Counted from the first letter of the stretch, positions 46,787 to 56,571 are shown. The stretch is 64,000 nt of DNA from Candidatus Saccharibacteria bacterium UBA4387 (GCA_002391075.1 DGRN01000010.1:20738-84737); one strand, 5' to 3'. The notes: generated from the sequence alone by a model not told the origin. Program-made: numbers and translations.

Positions 46787-47944
46787 ATGGAAGGCGAAAA
46801 ACTTAGCAACCTCGCAGTACGCCAGCAATTGGCAAAAATCTCCGGCACGCAGCCAGACGATTGGTTTTTGTGTCTCCGCCAACGCTTTGGCCTCACGGAA
46901 GTTTACCGCGCCATCAAAGACCAACTCGGCGCCGGCGAAATCATCACCACGCCCTACACCTGCATCACCGCCATTAATCCCATCATTGTTAGCGGCCACA
47001 AAGCAGTATATGCCGACATCGACCCCACCACGCTTTCCACTTCGCAAATCCCCGAAAAACTTTTCAAAGCCAAAACTCGCGCCATCGTCATCCAGCACAC
47101 ACTCGGCATCATCCCGAACCACGACCAACTCATCAGCCAAGCCAAATCCCACAACGCGCTAGTCATCGAAGATTCCGCCCACGCCCTACTCCGCTTCGTC
47201 CGTGACAACAAAAACGAAATCGCCGCAGACATTTCCGCCCATTCTTTCGGCGTCGAAAAAATTCTCCCAGGCACCAAATTTGGAGGCGCAATCTATGTCA
47301 ACCCAAAATTAAAAATCTCCCACCCTTCCCTGTACGAAACCATTGTCAAGTACTTGACAACACTTCCAGAACCAACAAAATCTTTAGCATTCCGCATCAA
47401 ACACTACCGCTTTAATAACGCCATCCTTCAGCGCACCCCAGCCAATATCCGCCCTACCCTCCGCCACATCGCCGCCAGCCTCAAAATCCTCGAGCCGGCC
47501 GTCCAGCATTTTGAGCAGTCCGCTAAACAATCCGACCCATACACAACCAACGAATTTGTCAACCAAGCCATCCTCGCCAGCCTCAAAACCCTGAAGCAAA
47601 ACTACGCCCGCCGTCTAGCATCCGTCAAATACTATCAAAAACATCTTGACAGCCAAATTTTCCAATCCGTCACCACTGAATCTCAGCCCCTACTCGCTTA
47701 CCCCATCACCTTCAGCACACCAGCCCAAGCCAACCAAGCCTACGACGTTCTAACCTCAAACGGCTACTTTATCCGCCGCTGGTATTCGCCACTTCTCTAC
47801 CCTGGCCCTAGCGACAATTCCCTCTACAATTTCAACCCATCCAAAACCCCGATCGCCGAAAAAATCGCACCAAAAACACTTAGCCTACCAACTGACCTAC
47901 CTAACACAGAACTAGCCAAAATCGTCAAATTATTACAAAATTAA
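46787..47944 (+). CDS. DegT/DnrJ/EryC1/StrS-type PLP-dependent aminotransferase-fold protein
   Basis: Start re-picked at MEGEKL. ITTPYTCITAINPIIVSGHKAVYADID, RAIVIQHTLG, VIEDSAHAL and SFGVEK (putative PLP lysine). Confidence 0.65.
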   Translation: MEGEKLSNLAVRQQLAKISGTQPDDWFLCLRQRFGLTEVYRAIKDQLGAGEIITTPYTCITAINPIIVSGHKAVYADIDPTTLSTSQIPEKLFKAKTRAIVIQHTLGIIPNHDQLISQAKSHNALVIEDSAHALLRFVRDNKNEIAADISAHSFGVEKILPGTKFGGAIYVNPKLKISHPSLYETIVKYLTTLPEPTKSLAFRIKHYRFNNAILQRTPANIRPTLRHIAASLKILEPAVQHFEQSAKQSDPYTTNEFVNQAILASLKTLKQNYARRLASVKYYQKHLDSQIFQSVTTESQPLLAYPITFSTPAQANQAYDVLTSNGYFIRRWYSPLLYPGPSDNSLYNFNPSKTPIAEKIAPKTLSLPTDLPNTELAKIVKLLQN

Positions 47945-47994
47945 TATCAAATAAAATATAAAATATCATAAGCGGTATAAATCTACCGTGAAAT

Positions 47995-48023
47995 TAGTCT
48001 GCCCACTTTAGCAGACTATTTTT
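47995..48023 (+). terminator. Rho-independent terminator
   Basis: TAGTCTGC-ccacttta-GCAGACTA followed by TTTTT. Confidence 0.8.
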
Positions 48024-48173
48024 AATGCGCGAAGCGCAAAAATTTTTTTGGGGGTATTTTCGACTTTGCAAAATGCTAAAATTCACACGAAAAAGCTAAA
48101 GTTTACCCATCACATGCAGGATGCTAAATTAGAATCCCAAAAATCACGCAGCAAAAAAATAAGGGCCGCAGCC

Positions 48174-48440
48174 CTATTTTTTCTTCTTTTGCCTCTGCCC
48201 TGCTGGCGCCCCTTCTATCAGAGAAAATTCCGCCGAATCGTCGTCAAATTTCGACAAATCAAACAACGGCCGCTTCCCTGCATCCATCACTTTTCGCGCC
48301 TTCTTCATTAGCACACGCAGCTCATCCTCAGTCGTCGCAGATCCAATATGCTCTACCCTCACAACTTCCGAATGTTCTTTCCAGCACACCTGAACGCCGG
48401 TCGCCCCACTCGCCGTAATAAATTTTCTAACAAAAGCCAT
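48174..48440 (-). pseudogene. Possible remnant of a transposase N-terminus (88 aa ORF) in a decayed, AT-richer non-coding block
   Basis: MAFVRKFITASGATGVQVCWKEHSEVVRVEHIGSATTEDELRVLMKKA resembles, from memory, the N-terminal segment of IS4/IS1634-type transposases. No DDE domain follows. Confidence 0.35.
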
Positions 48441-48809
48441 TACCTACATCATAACATTTTCACTAATTTTTCTCACGTTTTGCACACTCTTGACACCATT
48501 TTCTAGCATCCATAGCAACCACTTGCATTAGCAACCCGCACATGCTAAACTTAACTTAGATTAGCACCTTCCATACTATTTGGACGAGACGCATTAATTT
48601 TGGGAACAATTTAGAAAAATCATAAGCATTCACGTAAAATGTATTGATTTTTAAGCAAAAGCACAATTTCACGTGCAACTTTTTGCACGAAAAGATAAAA
48701 ATCGGCCGAAAAGGGCGATATTTTTGTGCAAAAAGCCAGGGTAGGGCGCAAAAACCGAAAATTCCGCCGCTCTAAGCCGCATCTACCCCTATAAAAAACC
48801 CAAAAATAA

Positions 48810-48818
48810 TGTTATAAT
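48810..48818 (+). promoter_or_regulatory. Extended -10 element, leaderless valS
   Basis: TGTTATAAT ends 6 nt before ATG 48825. Confidence 0.55.
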
Positions 48819-48824
48819 TTACTC

Positions 48825-51383
48825 ATGAAATTTAGCAAAGCCTACGAGCCAAACGAATACGAGACGGACGTATACGCACTCTGGGAAAAATCCGGTGCTT
48901 TCCGACCAAAATCAAACAACAAAGCCAAAAATTACTGCATCGTCATGCCGCCACCAAACGCCAACGGCAACCTTCACATCGGCCACGGTCTCACCATCGC
49001 CCTTGAAGACATCCTTATTCGCTATCACCGCCTCAAAGGCGACAACACTTGGTACATTCCAGGCGCAGACCACGCCGGCTTCGAAACCTGGGTTGTCTAC
49101 GAGCGCTACCTCGAGAGCAAACACAAAACCCGCTTCGATTACAGCCGCGACGAACTCTACGACCAGGTCTGGAATTTCGTCCACGAACAGCGCGGCAACA
49201 TGGAGCTTCAACTCCGCGCCCTCGGCGCCAGCTGTGACTGGGACAGCCTCACTTTTACGCTCGATCCAAAAGTCGTCTCAACCGTCTACGACACTTTTGA
49301 GAAATTCTATAACGACAAACTCATCTATCGCGGCAAAAAGCTCGTCAACTTCTGCACCAAGCACCAAACCGCCTTCGCTGACATCGAAGTCACCCACAAA
49401 GAAGAGAAGGGCAAACTTTGGCGCATTGCTTACCCACTTGTCAATCCTACCGATGACCTCAAGGAAATCATCGTCGCGACCACCCGTCCAGAGACCATGC
49501 TTGGTGACGTCGCTGTAGCAGTCAACCCAAATGACGAACGCTACAAGAACATAATTGGACAGAATGTCAAGTTACCTCTGACAAACCGCGAAATTCCTAT
49601 CGTCGCCGACGAACACGCCGACATGAGCTACGGTACTGGCGCCGTCAAGATCACTCCAGCTCACGACCAAAACGACTACGAAGTCGCCCAGCGCCACGAT
49701 CTCCCGATGATTACTGTCATCGGTTTCGACGGCCGCATGACCGACGCAGCTGGCGACCATTATTCTGGCCTCACCACCGAAGACTGTCGCAAACAGGTCC
49801 TCAAAGACCTGGAAGAGCAGGGCTACCGCCGCGGCGAAGAAAACATTCTTCATGATGTTGGCCACTGCTATAAATGCGACACTGTCATCGAGCCACTCCT
49901 TCGCGAGCAATGGTTCGTCGACGTCAAGCCGCTCGCCCAAAAGGCCATCGAAGTCCTCAAGGCCGGCAAAATCAAATTCCATCCAGCCAACAAAAAGAAA
50001 GTCCTCATCAACTACCTCGAGAACTTACGCGACTGGAACATCTCCCGCCAAATCCCGTGGGGTATCCCAATTCCAGCCTTCCAAAACGTCGACGATCCTT
50101 CCGATTGGATCTACGACAACCGCGTCGACCAAACCGAAATCGAAATCAACGGCAAAACCTACCGCCGCGACGAAGACACCTTCGACACCTGGTTCAGCTC
50201 TGCCCAGTGGCCATACATCACAACCAGCGAAGATCAAAAATTCTTCCCAACCTCGGTCATGGAAACTGGCGCCGACCTCCTATTCCAGTGGGTAGGGCGC
50301 ATGATTATGCTCAGCCTTTACACCAAGGGCGACGTACCATTCAAAGACGTCTACATGCACGGCATGGTTCTCGACGAAAAAGGCCAAAAGATGTCCAAAT
50401 CCAAAGGCAACGTTATTAACCCGCTCGACATCGTCAGTCAATACGGCTCCGACGCGCTTCGTCTCGGTCTCATCGCCAGCCGCAGCGCCGGCGTCAACCA
50501 GGCCTTCAGCAGCAGCAAAGTCATCGCCAGCCGCAACCTTTGCAATAAAATCTGGAACATTTCTCGCCTCGCTCAACAAATCGTCGACGAGAACACCAGC
50601 CCAGCCACCAAGCTCGAATGTCGCAGCCTTGGCGAAGACTGGATTTGCGACGAAATCAACCAGACCAGCAAAGAAATCCAAAAACTGCTCGACTCCTATC
50701 GTTTTGCCGAAGCCGGCGACCTCGTCTACGATCTCGTCTGGAACCGCTACGCCGACTGGTTCATCGAAAGTCAAAAACTCTGGAAGAACGTCCCGCTCAT
50801 CCAATCAACTCTCGAGCAAATTCTTATCATCATGCACCCATTTGCTCCATTCGTCACCGAGACAATCTGGCAAAGCCTCAGCTGGACCGACGGCATGCTC
50901 ATCAACCAACAGTGGCCAAAAGCCTACAAAGTCGACAAAACCAAAGCCGACCAATTCCGCGAGCTTATCGCCATCATCACCAACATCCGCAGCCACTTCC
51001 AGGCTCTTCCAGGCAACGACCGTTATCCTATCGCCTTTATCGACGACCAGCTCATGTACGACAATCAGCTCCTCATCCAGCACCTCACTAAGGCTCCGAG
51101 CGTCCCTCAAATCAAAATCGAGGAAATCGGCGGTCTCCGCTTAGCCATCCCAGGCCACAACATCTACCTCCAAATTCCGGCCGACATCCACGCTAAGTAC
51201 AAGGCGCAGCTCGAAGAAAATATCCTCAAGCTCGGCAACGAAATCAACACCCTTGAGGCTCGCCTCCGCAATCCAAAGTACGTCGAACGCGCGCCAAAAG
51301 AACTCGTTGAAGAAACCCACAACCAACTCGCCACCAAAGAGGATCTCCTCGCCAAAATGAAAGACGAGCTCGAGTTAATCTAA
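48825..51383 (+). CDS. valS: Valine--tRNA ligase
   Basis: 852 aa. PPPNANGNLHIGH (HIGH), KMSKSKGN, an editing domain and a C-terminal coiled coil. Confidence 0.95.
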   Translation: MKFSKAYEPNEYETDVYALWEKSGAFRPKSNNKAKNYCIVMPPPNANGNLHIGHGLTIALEDILIRYHRLKGDNTWYIPGADHAGFETWVVYERYLESKHKTRFDYSRDELYDQVWNFVHEQRGNMELQLRALGASCDWDSLTFTLDPKVVSTVYDTFEKFYNDKLIYRGKKLVNFCTKHQTAFADIEVTHKEEKGKLWRIAYPLVNPTDDLKEIIVATTRPETMLGDVAVAVNPNDERYKNIIGQNVKLPLTNREIPIVADEHADMSYGTGAVKITPAHDQNDYEVAQRHDLPMITVIGFDGRMTDAAGDHYSGLTTEDCRKQVLKDLEEQGYRRGEENILHDVGHCYKCDTVIEPLLREQWFVDVKPLAQKAIEVLKAGKIKFHPANKKKVLINYLENLRDWNISRQIPWGIPIPAFQNVDDPSDWIYDNRVDQTEIEINGKTYRRDEDTFDTWFSSAQWPYITTSEDQKFFPTSVMETGADLLFQWVGRMIMLSLYTKGDVPFKDVYMHGMVLDEKGQKMSKSKGNVINPLDIVSQYGSDALRLGLIASRSAGVNQAFSSSKVIASRNLCNKIWNISRLAQQIVDENTSPATKLECRSLGEDWICDEINQTSKEIQKLLDSYRFAEAGDLVYDLVWNRYADWFIESQKLWKNVPLIQSTLEQILIIMHPFAPFVTETIWQSLSWTDGMLINQQWPKAYKVDKTKADQFRELIAIITNIRSHFQALPGNDRYPIAFIDDQLMYDNQLLIQHLTKAPSVPQIKIEEIGGLRLAIPGHNIYLQIPADIHAKYKAQLEENILKLGNEINTLEARLRNPKYVERAPKELVEETHNQLATKEDLLAKMKDELELI

Positions 51384-51402
51384 GGGCAGGGCACAGAAAA
51401 AA

Positions 51403-51427
51403 ATAGCACTTCACCGGTGCTATTTTT
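51403..51427 (+). terminator. Rho-independent terminator
   Basis: ATAGCAC-ttcaccg-GTGCTAT followed by TTTT. Confidence 0.75.
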
Positions 51428-51447
51428 CATACTCACCCCTGACAACC

Positions 51448-51476
51448 TTGACATTTTTGCAAATCTGTGCTATAAT
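51448..51476 (+). promoter_or_regulatory. Consensus sigma70 promoter
   Basis: TTGACA (51448-51453), 17-nt spacer, TGCTATAAT (51468-51476). Confidence 0.7.
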
Positions 51477-51522
51477 AGTAGTATCCGCCTATCCGCCCAA
51501 TTCCCAGGAGGTGCACATTATT

Positions 51523-51960
51523 ATGACCATACAAATGACGAGGCATCCGGGCAGTTCCCGGATCGAACCACCACCAACCACACCCGACATTCAGGTTCGC
51601 GGCGCCCCGCTCCCCGTACAGCCCATCACGCATCAAGATTACATCGATGCCGCTAAATGGGCAGAGCAATTCGTTATCGCTCACGGCCTGACCGTCGAAA
51701 ACGTCCGCATCACGTCGACTATCGACGAAATGCCCGACAAGATAGACCAGCTTAAAATGGCCTATCAACTCGACATCAACACCGCTCTCTTCCTCACAAT
51801 CTGGCACGAGGAGGACGAATACCTCGCTATTTGCAAAAAAATCGTCAACTGGGCTGACGTCCTCAAAGAAAGCCGCTATGCACAACACTATCTCCTCAAC
51901 GGAGTAGTTTACTGGCTCCAATACGTCAACCCAATCCGTGCGCGCAGGCTATATCGCTAA
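51523..51960 (+). CDS. Hypothetical protein (145 aa)
   Basis: ATG 51523 follows AGGAGG (51505-51510). The track ORF starts at 51448, inside the promoter. No family recognised. Confidence 0.6.
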   Translation: MTIQMTRHPGSSRIEPPPTTPDIQVRGAPLPVQPITHQDYIDAAKWAEQFVIAHGLTVENVRITSTIDEMPDKIDQLKMAYQLDINTALFLTIWHEEDEYLAICKKIVNWADVLKESRYAQHYLLNGVVYWLQYVNPIRARRLYR

Positions 51961-51974
51961 CTACGCACGCATAA

Positions 51975-52002
51975 AAGCCCCTCGCAATATGCGGGGGCTT
52001 TT
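51975..52002. terminator. Bidirectional terminator between convergent genes
   Basis: AGCCCC(t)CGC-aatat-GCGGGGGCT, flanked by an A-run and a T-run. Confidence 0.7.
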
Positions 52003-52015
52003 AATATCCAAATAT

Positions 52016-52390
52016 TTAAAACGCCAACTTTTCTGCTATCGCCTTAAACTCATCTTCCGTCAAGGACAAAACACGCCCATATTCCCAAGTCTCGTCCATC
52101 GGCATCAAGTGCACATGCGCGTGCGGCACATCCGTCCCCATCACTTTCATCACCACACGTCGCCCGGTCACTTCCTCCATATGTGCCGCCACTTTTTTCA
52201 CGGCCGCCCACAACGCATGATAATCCTCGTCACTCAGCTCATAAATCTTATCAACTTCCACCTTCGGCACCACCAGCGTATGTCCCTTCGTCTCCGGATT
52301 AATATCCAAAAACGCAAAAGTCTTCTCATCTTCATAAATCTTATAGCTCGGAATTTCTCCAGCAATAATTCGCGTAAAAATACTCGCCAT
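52016..52390 (-). CDS. HIT-family nucleotide hydrolase/transferase
   Basis: ATG 52390 lies 5 nt after AAGGAG. IFTRIIAGEIPS and the histidine triad HAHVHLMP. Confidence 0.88.
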   Translation of the reverse strand: MASIFTRIIAGEIPSYKIYEDEKTFAFLDINPETKGHTLVVPKVEVDKIYELSDEDYHALWAAVKKVAAHMEEVTGRRVVMKVMGTDVPHAHVHLMPMDETWEYGRVLSLTEDEFKAIAEKLAF

Positions 52391-52467
52391 ATTCACTCCT
52401 TTTCTTAAATTATATCAAACCGCCAAGTCCAAATATGCCATAATAAAGATATAACCTGAGGAAAGAC

Positions 52468-53562
52468 ATGAATAAAGAAAACACGCCCCAAAATTACGAA
52501 CAAAACGCAGCCGGCAACGCCAACCCTTGGCAAAAACTGGCCGAAGAAGTTCCACCTTTTAGCGCCAAAACCGACGCCGAACCGACAAAACCAAAAACTT
52601 TCATCAATGACGAGGGACTAGAGCTAATCCAAACTTACGACATGCCAGTCTCTACCGAAGAGCAAAAGCTCGCCTATCTCGGCGCTACCCTAGACAACGC
52701 AACGCAACGGCTCCAAAAACAAATCGAAAACGCCATCGAAGACGACGACAATAATGAAGCCGAGTTCCAAAAAGACGAACTCAAAAAAATCGAACGCCAG
52801 CAAACAATCCTTCTAGAACGCGTCAATCCAGATGAGCCAGGCGGCGTGCTTGGCAGCCTCAGAAGACAAAGAAACCAACTCGGCGAACGCATCCATAACC
52901 ACCCCGAAATGTCCGACTCCGCCAAAGAATCTGCCTTCAACGACCTTTTTGCATATAACAACCTCATCGGCACGCTCGAATTGCAGCTCGCCGACAATAA
53001 TCCGGACTACTTCTCAAAAGATAACCTCAGCAAAAAACTCATGCAAGATGCCGAGCAAGCCGAAAAAGCGATCAAAAAATCAATGACCGATTCATATTTT
53101 GATGAAAACGGCCAACTGCGCAAACTTCCAGAAGGGCAACAGCAACGCACTCCAGAAACCGACATCGCCGAAGCAAACCTAGCCCAAGCCAACCAAGACA
53201 TCAAAACTTTCCAGCTCATCATGCAAGACTTCGAAAACCCCACCGATACTGCTTACGCTTACGAAAAAACTGCCGTCCAGCCAGCCATCGAATCTTTCAT
53301 CCAGCAACGCACTACTCAAATCGACCAACTTTCCGCCGCCGCGCGCAATCTCCCGCACGATTCACCAGCCTTCACCGCCAACCTCGCACAACGTCGCGCC
53401 CTCGCGAAAGAACGCAGCTCCGCCAAGCGTATCGCCGCAAAATACTTCAAACCAATCACCGAAACTCCAAAAACATCCACAACCACCACAACCGAATCCC
53501 CAAAACATTTCGAGCAGCAACAAGAACAGCAATACGGCCAATCCAACGAAATCTCTATGTAG
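52468..53562 (+). CDS. Hypothetical Gln/Glu-rich helical protein (364 aa)
   Basis: GAGGAAA SD and a terminator at 53585. No TM or signal peptide. No family recognised. Confidence 0.6.
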   Translation: MNKENTPQNYEQNAAGNANPWQKLAEEVPPFSAKTDAEPTKPKTFINDEGLELIQTYDMPVSTEEQKLAYLGATLDNATQRLQKQIENAIEDDDNNEAEFQKDELKKIERQQTILLERVNPDEPGGVLGSLRRQRNQLGERIHNHPEMSDSAKESAFNDLFAYNNLIGTLELQLADNNPDYFSKDNLSKKLMQDAEQAEKAIKKSMTDSYFDENGQLRKLPEGQQQRTPETDIAEANLAQANQDIKTFQLIMQDFENPTDTAYAYEKTAVQPAIESFIQQRTTQIDQLSAAARNLPHDSPAFTANLAQRRALAKERSSAKRIAAKYFKPITETPKTSTTTTTESPKHFEQQQEQQYGQSNEISM

Positions 53563-53584
53563 CAATCGAACAGACCACAAAAAC

Positions 53585-53608
53585 GAGACCCACACCGGGT
53601 CTCTTTTT
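53585..53608 (+). terminator. Rho-independent terminator
   Basis: GAGACCC-acacc-GGGTCTC followed by TTTTT. Confidence 0.8.
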
Positions 53609-53615
53609 CATAATC

Positions 53616-53703
53616 TGGCGGAAGCGAGAGGATTCGAACCTCCGAGACATTGCTGCCCACACGATTTCGAGTCGTGCGCCTTCAACCACTCGGCCACGCT
53701 TCC
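53616..53703 (-). tRNA. tRNA-Ser (anticodon CGA), CCA encoded
   Basis: GGAAGCG acceptor, anticodon arm CACGA-CTCGAAA-TCGTG, a long variable arm, GGTTCGAATCC, and the end CGCTTCC-G-CCA. Confidence 0.9.
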
Positions 53704-53741
53704 ACCTCTAATCATAGCACATTCTCGCCCCCATTAACAGA

Positions 53742-55541
53742 CTAGCGCCGCGATTTAATATAGTTCCGAACTAGCTCAATCCGCCGCACATACGGCCACA
53801 TCGAAATATATTCCGCCCCTGTCGAAACTTTCACTTTATCTTTCACATCATGATCCGCCGCCACACCAGCGCGTACCGGCAATTCATACAACGGCGTCGC
53901 CACATCACCGCACTTCACGAACGACGCCCTCACACCAAACGAATTCACCGGGCTCACCGCCATTTCAGCATGCGACAACCAAGCCCGCCCCTTATCATCT
54001 TCCGAAAAAGTATAAATCAACTGCCCATCCAGCGATCGCAAAGCCCGCTGCGTAATAATACAGCTCGTCTCATTTTTCTCCTGCCAGCTCGCCACTACGT
54101 TCAGATAATCCGGCAAAATCCCCTCGTCTATCACCATTTTCTCTGGCCGTTCGCGCATATTATCGCCACCAACGCCGCCAGCGTGGCTCAGCTCCATCGT
54201 TGCGCCCCTATCTGTCTCTTGAAAAACCGCACTTCGTCGCGGCGAACGCAAATAGGTCTGCGCCGACGGAATTCTTTGCGCCGTCCCCAACGCCAACAAT
54301 CTCTTATCCAACTCGCCAGTCTGCGCCAATACGCCAGACGCTTCTACTCGCGCCAAGGCAATCTGCAAAGAAAAGGGCAACACAAATTGTTCCACCAACT
54401 GCGCCACCCCCGCACCAAAACGCAACATCTTCCCATCACGCGCCAGCACATAATCCGGCAACAATCGCCAATTCTCGCGCGCCACCCCCTTAAAAAAGCT
54501 CACAACACGCCAAAACGTCCCTGCGTTCACATAACCAATAATTACATTCTCGCCATCCACCGACATCATTTTCGACAACGCAATATTGCGCCCGTCACAA
54601 GCACACATCCAACTCGGCGACAAGTCCGCCATTTCCAACATCTCTATCGTCAACTTCTGCTCGCCATCACTCGTCGCGTAAAGCCCACTACAAATGCCTG
54701 TATATAATTCATCGCCAGACTCGACCACTTTGCCACCCAGCAAGCCATTACTATGTTCGCGCATATATTGCGCCGCCAAGTCATTCACCTCAATCTGCGA
54801 CGCCCGCAAAACCGTCATCGAATTATCTGGATTCAGCTCAAATATATCGCCATAGCCATTTGTCAACAAAACCTCATTCGGATTTGCCTTAATTCTCAAA
54901 TCATCAGACTCCGCCACTTTCGGCAACGGAGCAATCTCTTTTTTCTCCGGCTCGACAGCCCCAATCGGCTCTTCCGCCACAGCATCTTCCACCGCAGCCT
55001 CGTCGGCAGTCTTTTTACCAAATTTCTCCCGCGCTTCCGCCTTCAAATCGACAAAAGCCATCCAGTAATCATACTGCCGACCATAAAGAGACTTCTCGAA
55101 TGAGTCCATCCCATCAAAAAGCTCTTTATATTTTTCGCCACCCAACTCCTTATGCGCCTTTTGACGCAACGCGCCCAAAGATTTCCCAAAATCTTTCGCA
55201 GAAGGATACAATCGTAAGACATTTCTGAACGTCTCAATATTGGCCGCATTCCCATCTGCGCCCAAACCGCCCACAAACGCAAGCATATTGCGCCCCTCTG
55301 GCGTCATCCGCTCAAAAATTACCTCATCTCCATGAATATCGCTTGGCCTCAGCACCGCGCACGAAATCTTCTCTCCATTCTCGTTCGTGATTTCTTTCGC
55401 AAAAAGTTTACGCAAAATCACATCGCGCTCCTCCTCGCTAATCGCAAAATCGCGCACTCGAATATTCCGAATATCTCCAGTCAAAAGCACTTTAATCACG
55501 CGCCGCTTAAACGCCGCACGCTCGTCCACCTCGTTATTCAT
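53742..55541 (-). CDS. Orphan protein (599 aa) sandwiched between two tRNA genes
   Basis: Long ORF with host-type (minus-strand, G-ending) codons. TGTTATAAA lies 9 nt upstream of the ATG. No motif recognised. Confidence 0.7.
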   Translation of the reverse strand: MNNEVDERAAFKRRVIKVLLTGDIRNIRVRDFAISEEERDVILRKLFAKEITNENGEKISCAVLRPSDIHGDEVIFERMTPEGRNMLAFVGGLGADGNAANIETFRNVLRLYPSAKDFGKSLGALRQKAHKELGGEKYKELFDGMDSFEKSLYGRQYDYWMAFVDLKAEAREKFGKKTADEAAVEDAVAEEPIGAVEPEKKEIAPLPKVAESDDLRIKANPNEVLLTNGYGDIFELNPDNSMTVLRASQIEVNDLAAQYMREHSNGLLGGKVVESGDELYTGICSGLYATSDGEQKLTIEMLEMADLSPSWMCACDGRNIALSKMMSVDGENVIIGYVNAGTFWRVVSFFKGVARENWRLLPDYVLARDGKMLRFGAGVAQLVEQFVLPFSLQIALARVEASGVLAQTGELDKRLLALGTAQRIPSAQTYLRSPRRSAVFQETDRGATMELSHAGGVGGDNMRERPEKMVIDEGILPDYLNVVASWQEKNETSCIITQRALRSLDGQLIYTFSEDDKGRAWLSHAEMAVSPVNSFGVRASFVKCGDVATPLYELPVRAGVAADHDVKDKVKVSTGAEYISMWPYVRRIELVRNYIKSRR

Positions 55542-55639
55542 TAACTCTATTTTATAACATTTATGCTTTTTCTACTAGCCAAGCCGCCAAAAGAGCAACA
55601 AAAAACACCCGCAAAAGGTGTTTTTCAAAATTCAAATTA

Positions 55640-55716
55640 TGGTATGCCCGATACGATTCGAACGTACGACCTTCAGCTCCGCAAGCTGACGCTCTATCCA
55701 TCTGAGCTACGGGCAC
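55640..55716 (-). tRNA. tRNA-Arg (anticodon GCG), CCA encoded
   Basis: GTGCCCG acceptor (G1-U72), GCTC-AGATGGATA-GAGC D-arm, anticodon arm TCAGC-TTGCGGA-GCTGA, T-arm GTACG-TTCGAAT-CGTAT, and A73-CCA. Confidence 0.85.
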
Positions 55717-55822
55717 ATATGTGGTTGTAATCACCTCGGAAGGCGATTGCATCCACTCTAAAAATTAAATGTGCATCGCACTTGCGCGTGATAGATAGAT
55801 TATAGCACATTTTCCTCAATAA

Positions 55823-55831
55823 TGCTATACT
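55823..55831 (+). promoter_or_regulatory. Extended -10 element, near-leaderless gene at 55840
   Basis: TGCTATACT ends 8 nt before ATG 55840. Confidence 0.5.
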
Positions 55832-55839
55832 GAAATTAT

Positions 55840-56571
55840 ATGGCGAACAATGCAACAAAATCCAGTTTGAAACCAAAACTCCAAAAAGCCAAAGCTAAGT
55901 TTTTTTCGACCTATTACAGCAATCCGGCGAAAGACCTTAAAATCATTGTCGTAACCGGCGATAACGGACGCGAAATCGTCGCCCACTACCTTCAAGAAAT
56001 TATCAAAAATCGAGACGCCAAGACCGGCCTCATTCTCGACCCACAGAGCACATCTTCGCTCTACAAGGATCTCTACCACGTCTGGCGCACCGGCGCAGAC
56101 TACGTTGTCATCACCACGCAGGCTCACGCACTCGCCAACCATCTCTTCTATGGCATGCCTATTTACGCCGCAATTCTCACCGACACTCAGGCAGAGCAAC
56201 CCAGCGTCATGACCAGCGAAATTTCCGCCACTGATGCCAAAGCCATCCTCTTCAACAAAGAGCCAGTCTTCAGCATCCTTAGTCGCGAAAACCCAAACTA
56301 CGACATCTTCGCAAAATTCCCGTCCAAGACCGCCACGCTCAGCTACGGACGCGACCGCAACGCCGATCTCCGCATTAATCGCTCCAAAGTTTACAAAGTT
56401 GGCACCGAGGCTAACATTACCTTCAAAGGCGAAAGCTACGATGTCGCTACTTACGTCACCAGCGAAGACGCCGTAAATTACATGGCCGCCGCCGCTCTCA
56501 CTGCCGCTGCCATGGATTTCAGCTCCGACTTCATCGTCGACGGTATTTCTAACTACGAACCACAAGCATAA
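55840..56571 (+). CDS. Mur-ligase central-domain homologue with degenerate active-site motifs (243 aa)
   Basis: IIVVTGDNGREIV stands in place of the GTNGKT P-loop. ITTQAHAL replaces MEVSSHAL. ILTDTQAEQ replaces TN(L/I)xxDHLD. The protein ends where the central domain ends. No N- or C-terminal Mur domains. Confidence 0.6.
   Translation: MANNATKSSLKPKLQKAKAKFFSTYYSNPAKDLKIIVVTGDNGREIVAHYLQEIIKNRDAKTGLILDPQSTSSLYKDLYHVWRTGADYVVITTQAHALANHLFYGMPIYAAILTDTQAEQPSVMTSEISATDAKAILFNKEPVFSILSRENPNYDIFAKFPSKTATLSYGRDRNADLRINRSKVYKVGTEANITFKGESYDVATYVTSEDAVNYMAAAALTAAAMDFSSDFIVDGISNYEPQA

Noticed and set aside
46467-47162. A 231-aa + strand ORF spanning the tsaD 3' end and the aminotransferase 5' end.
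   Set aside because: It is out of frame with both real genes, gives a Pro/Ser/Thr-rich translation, and crosses an intergenic promoter. It is spurious.
55561-55752. A 63-aa ORF on the minus strand.
   Set aside because: It is simply the translation of tRNA-Arg(GCG) and its flanks.
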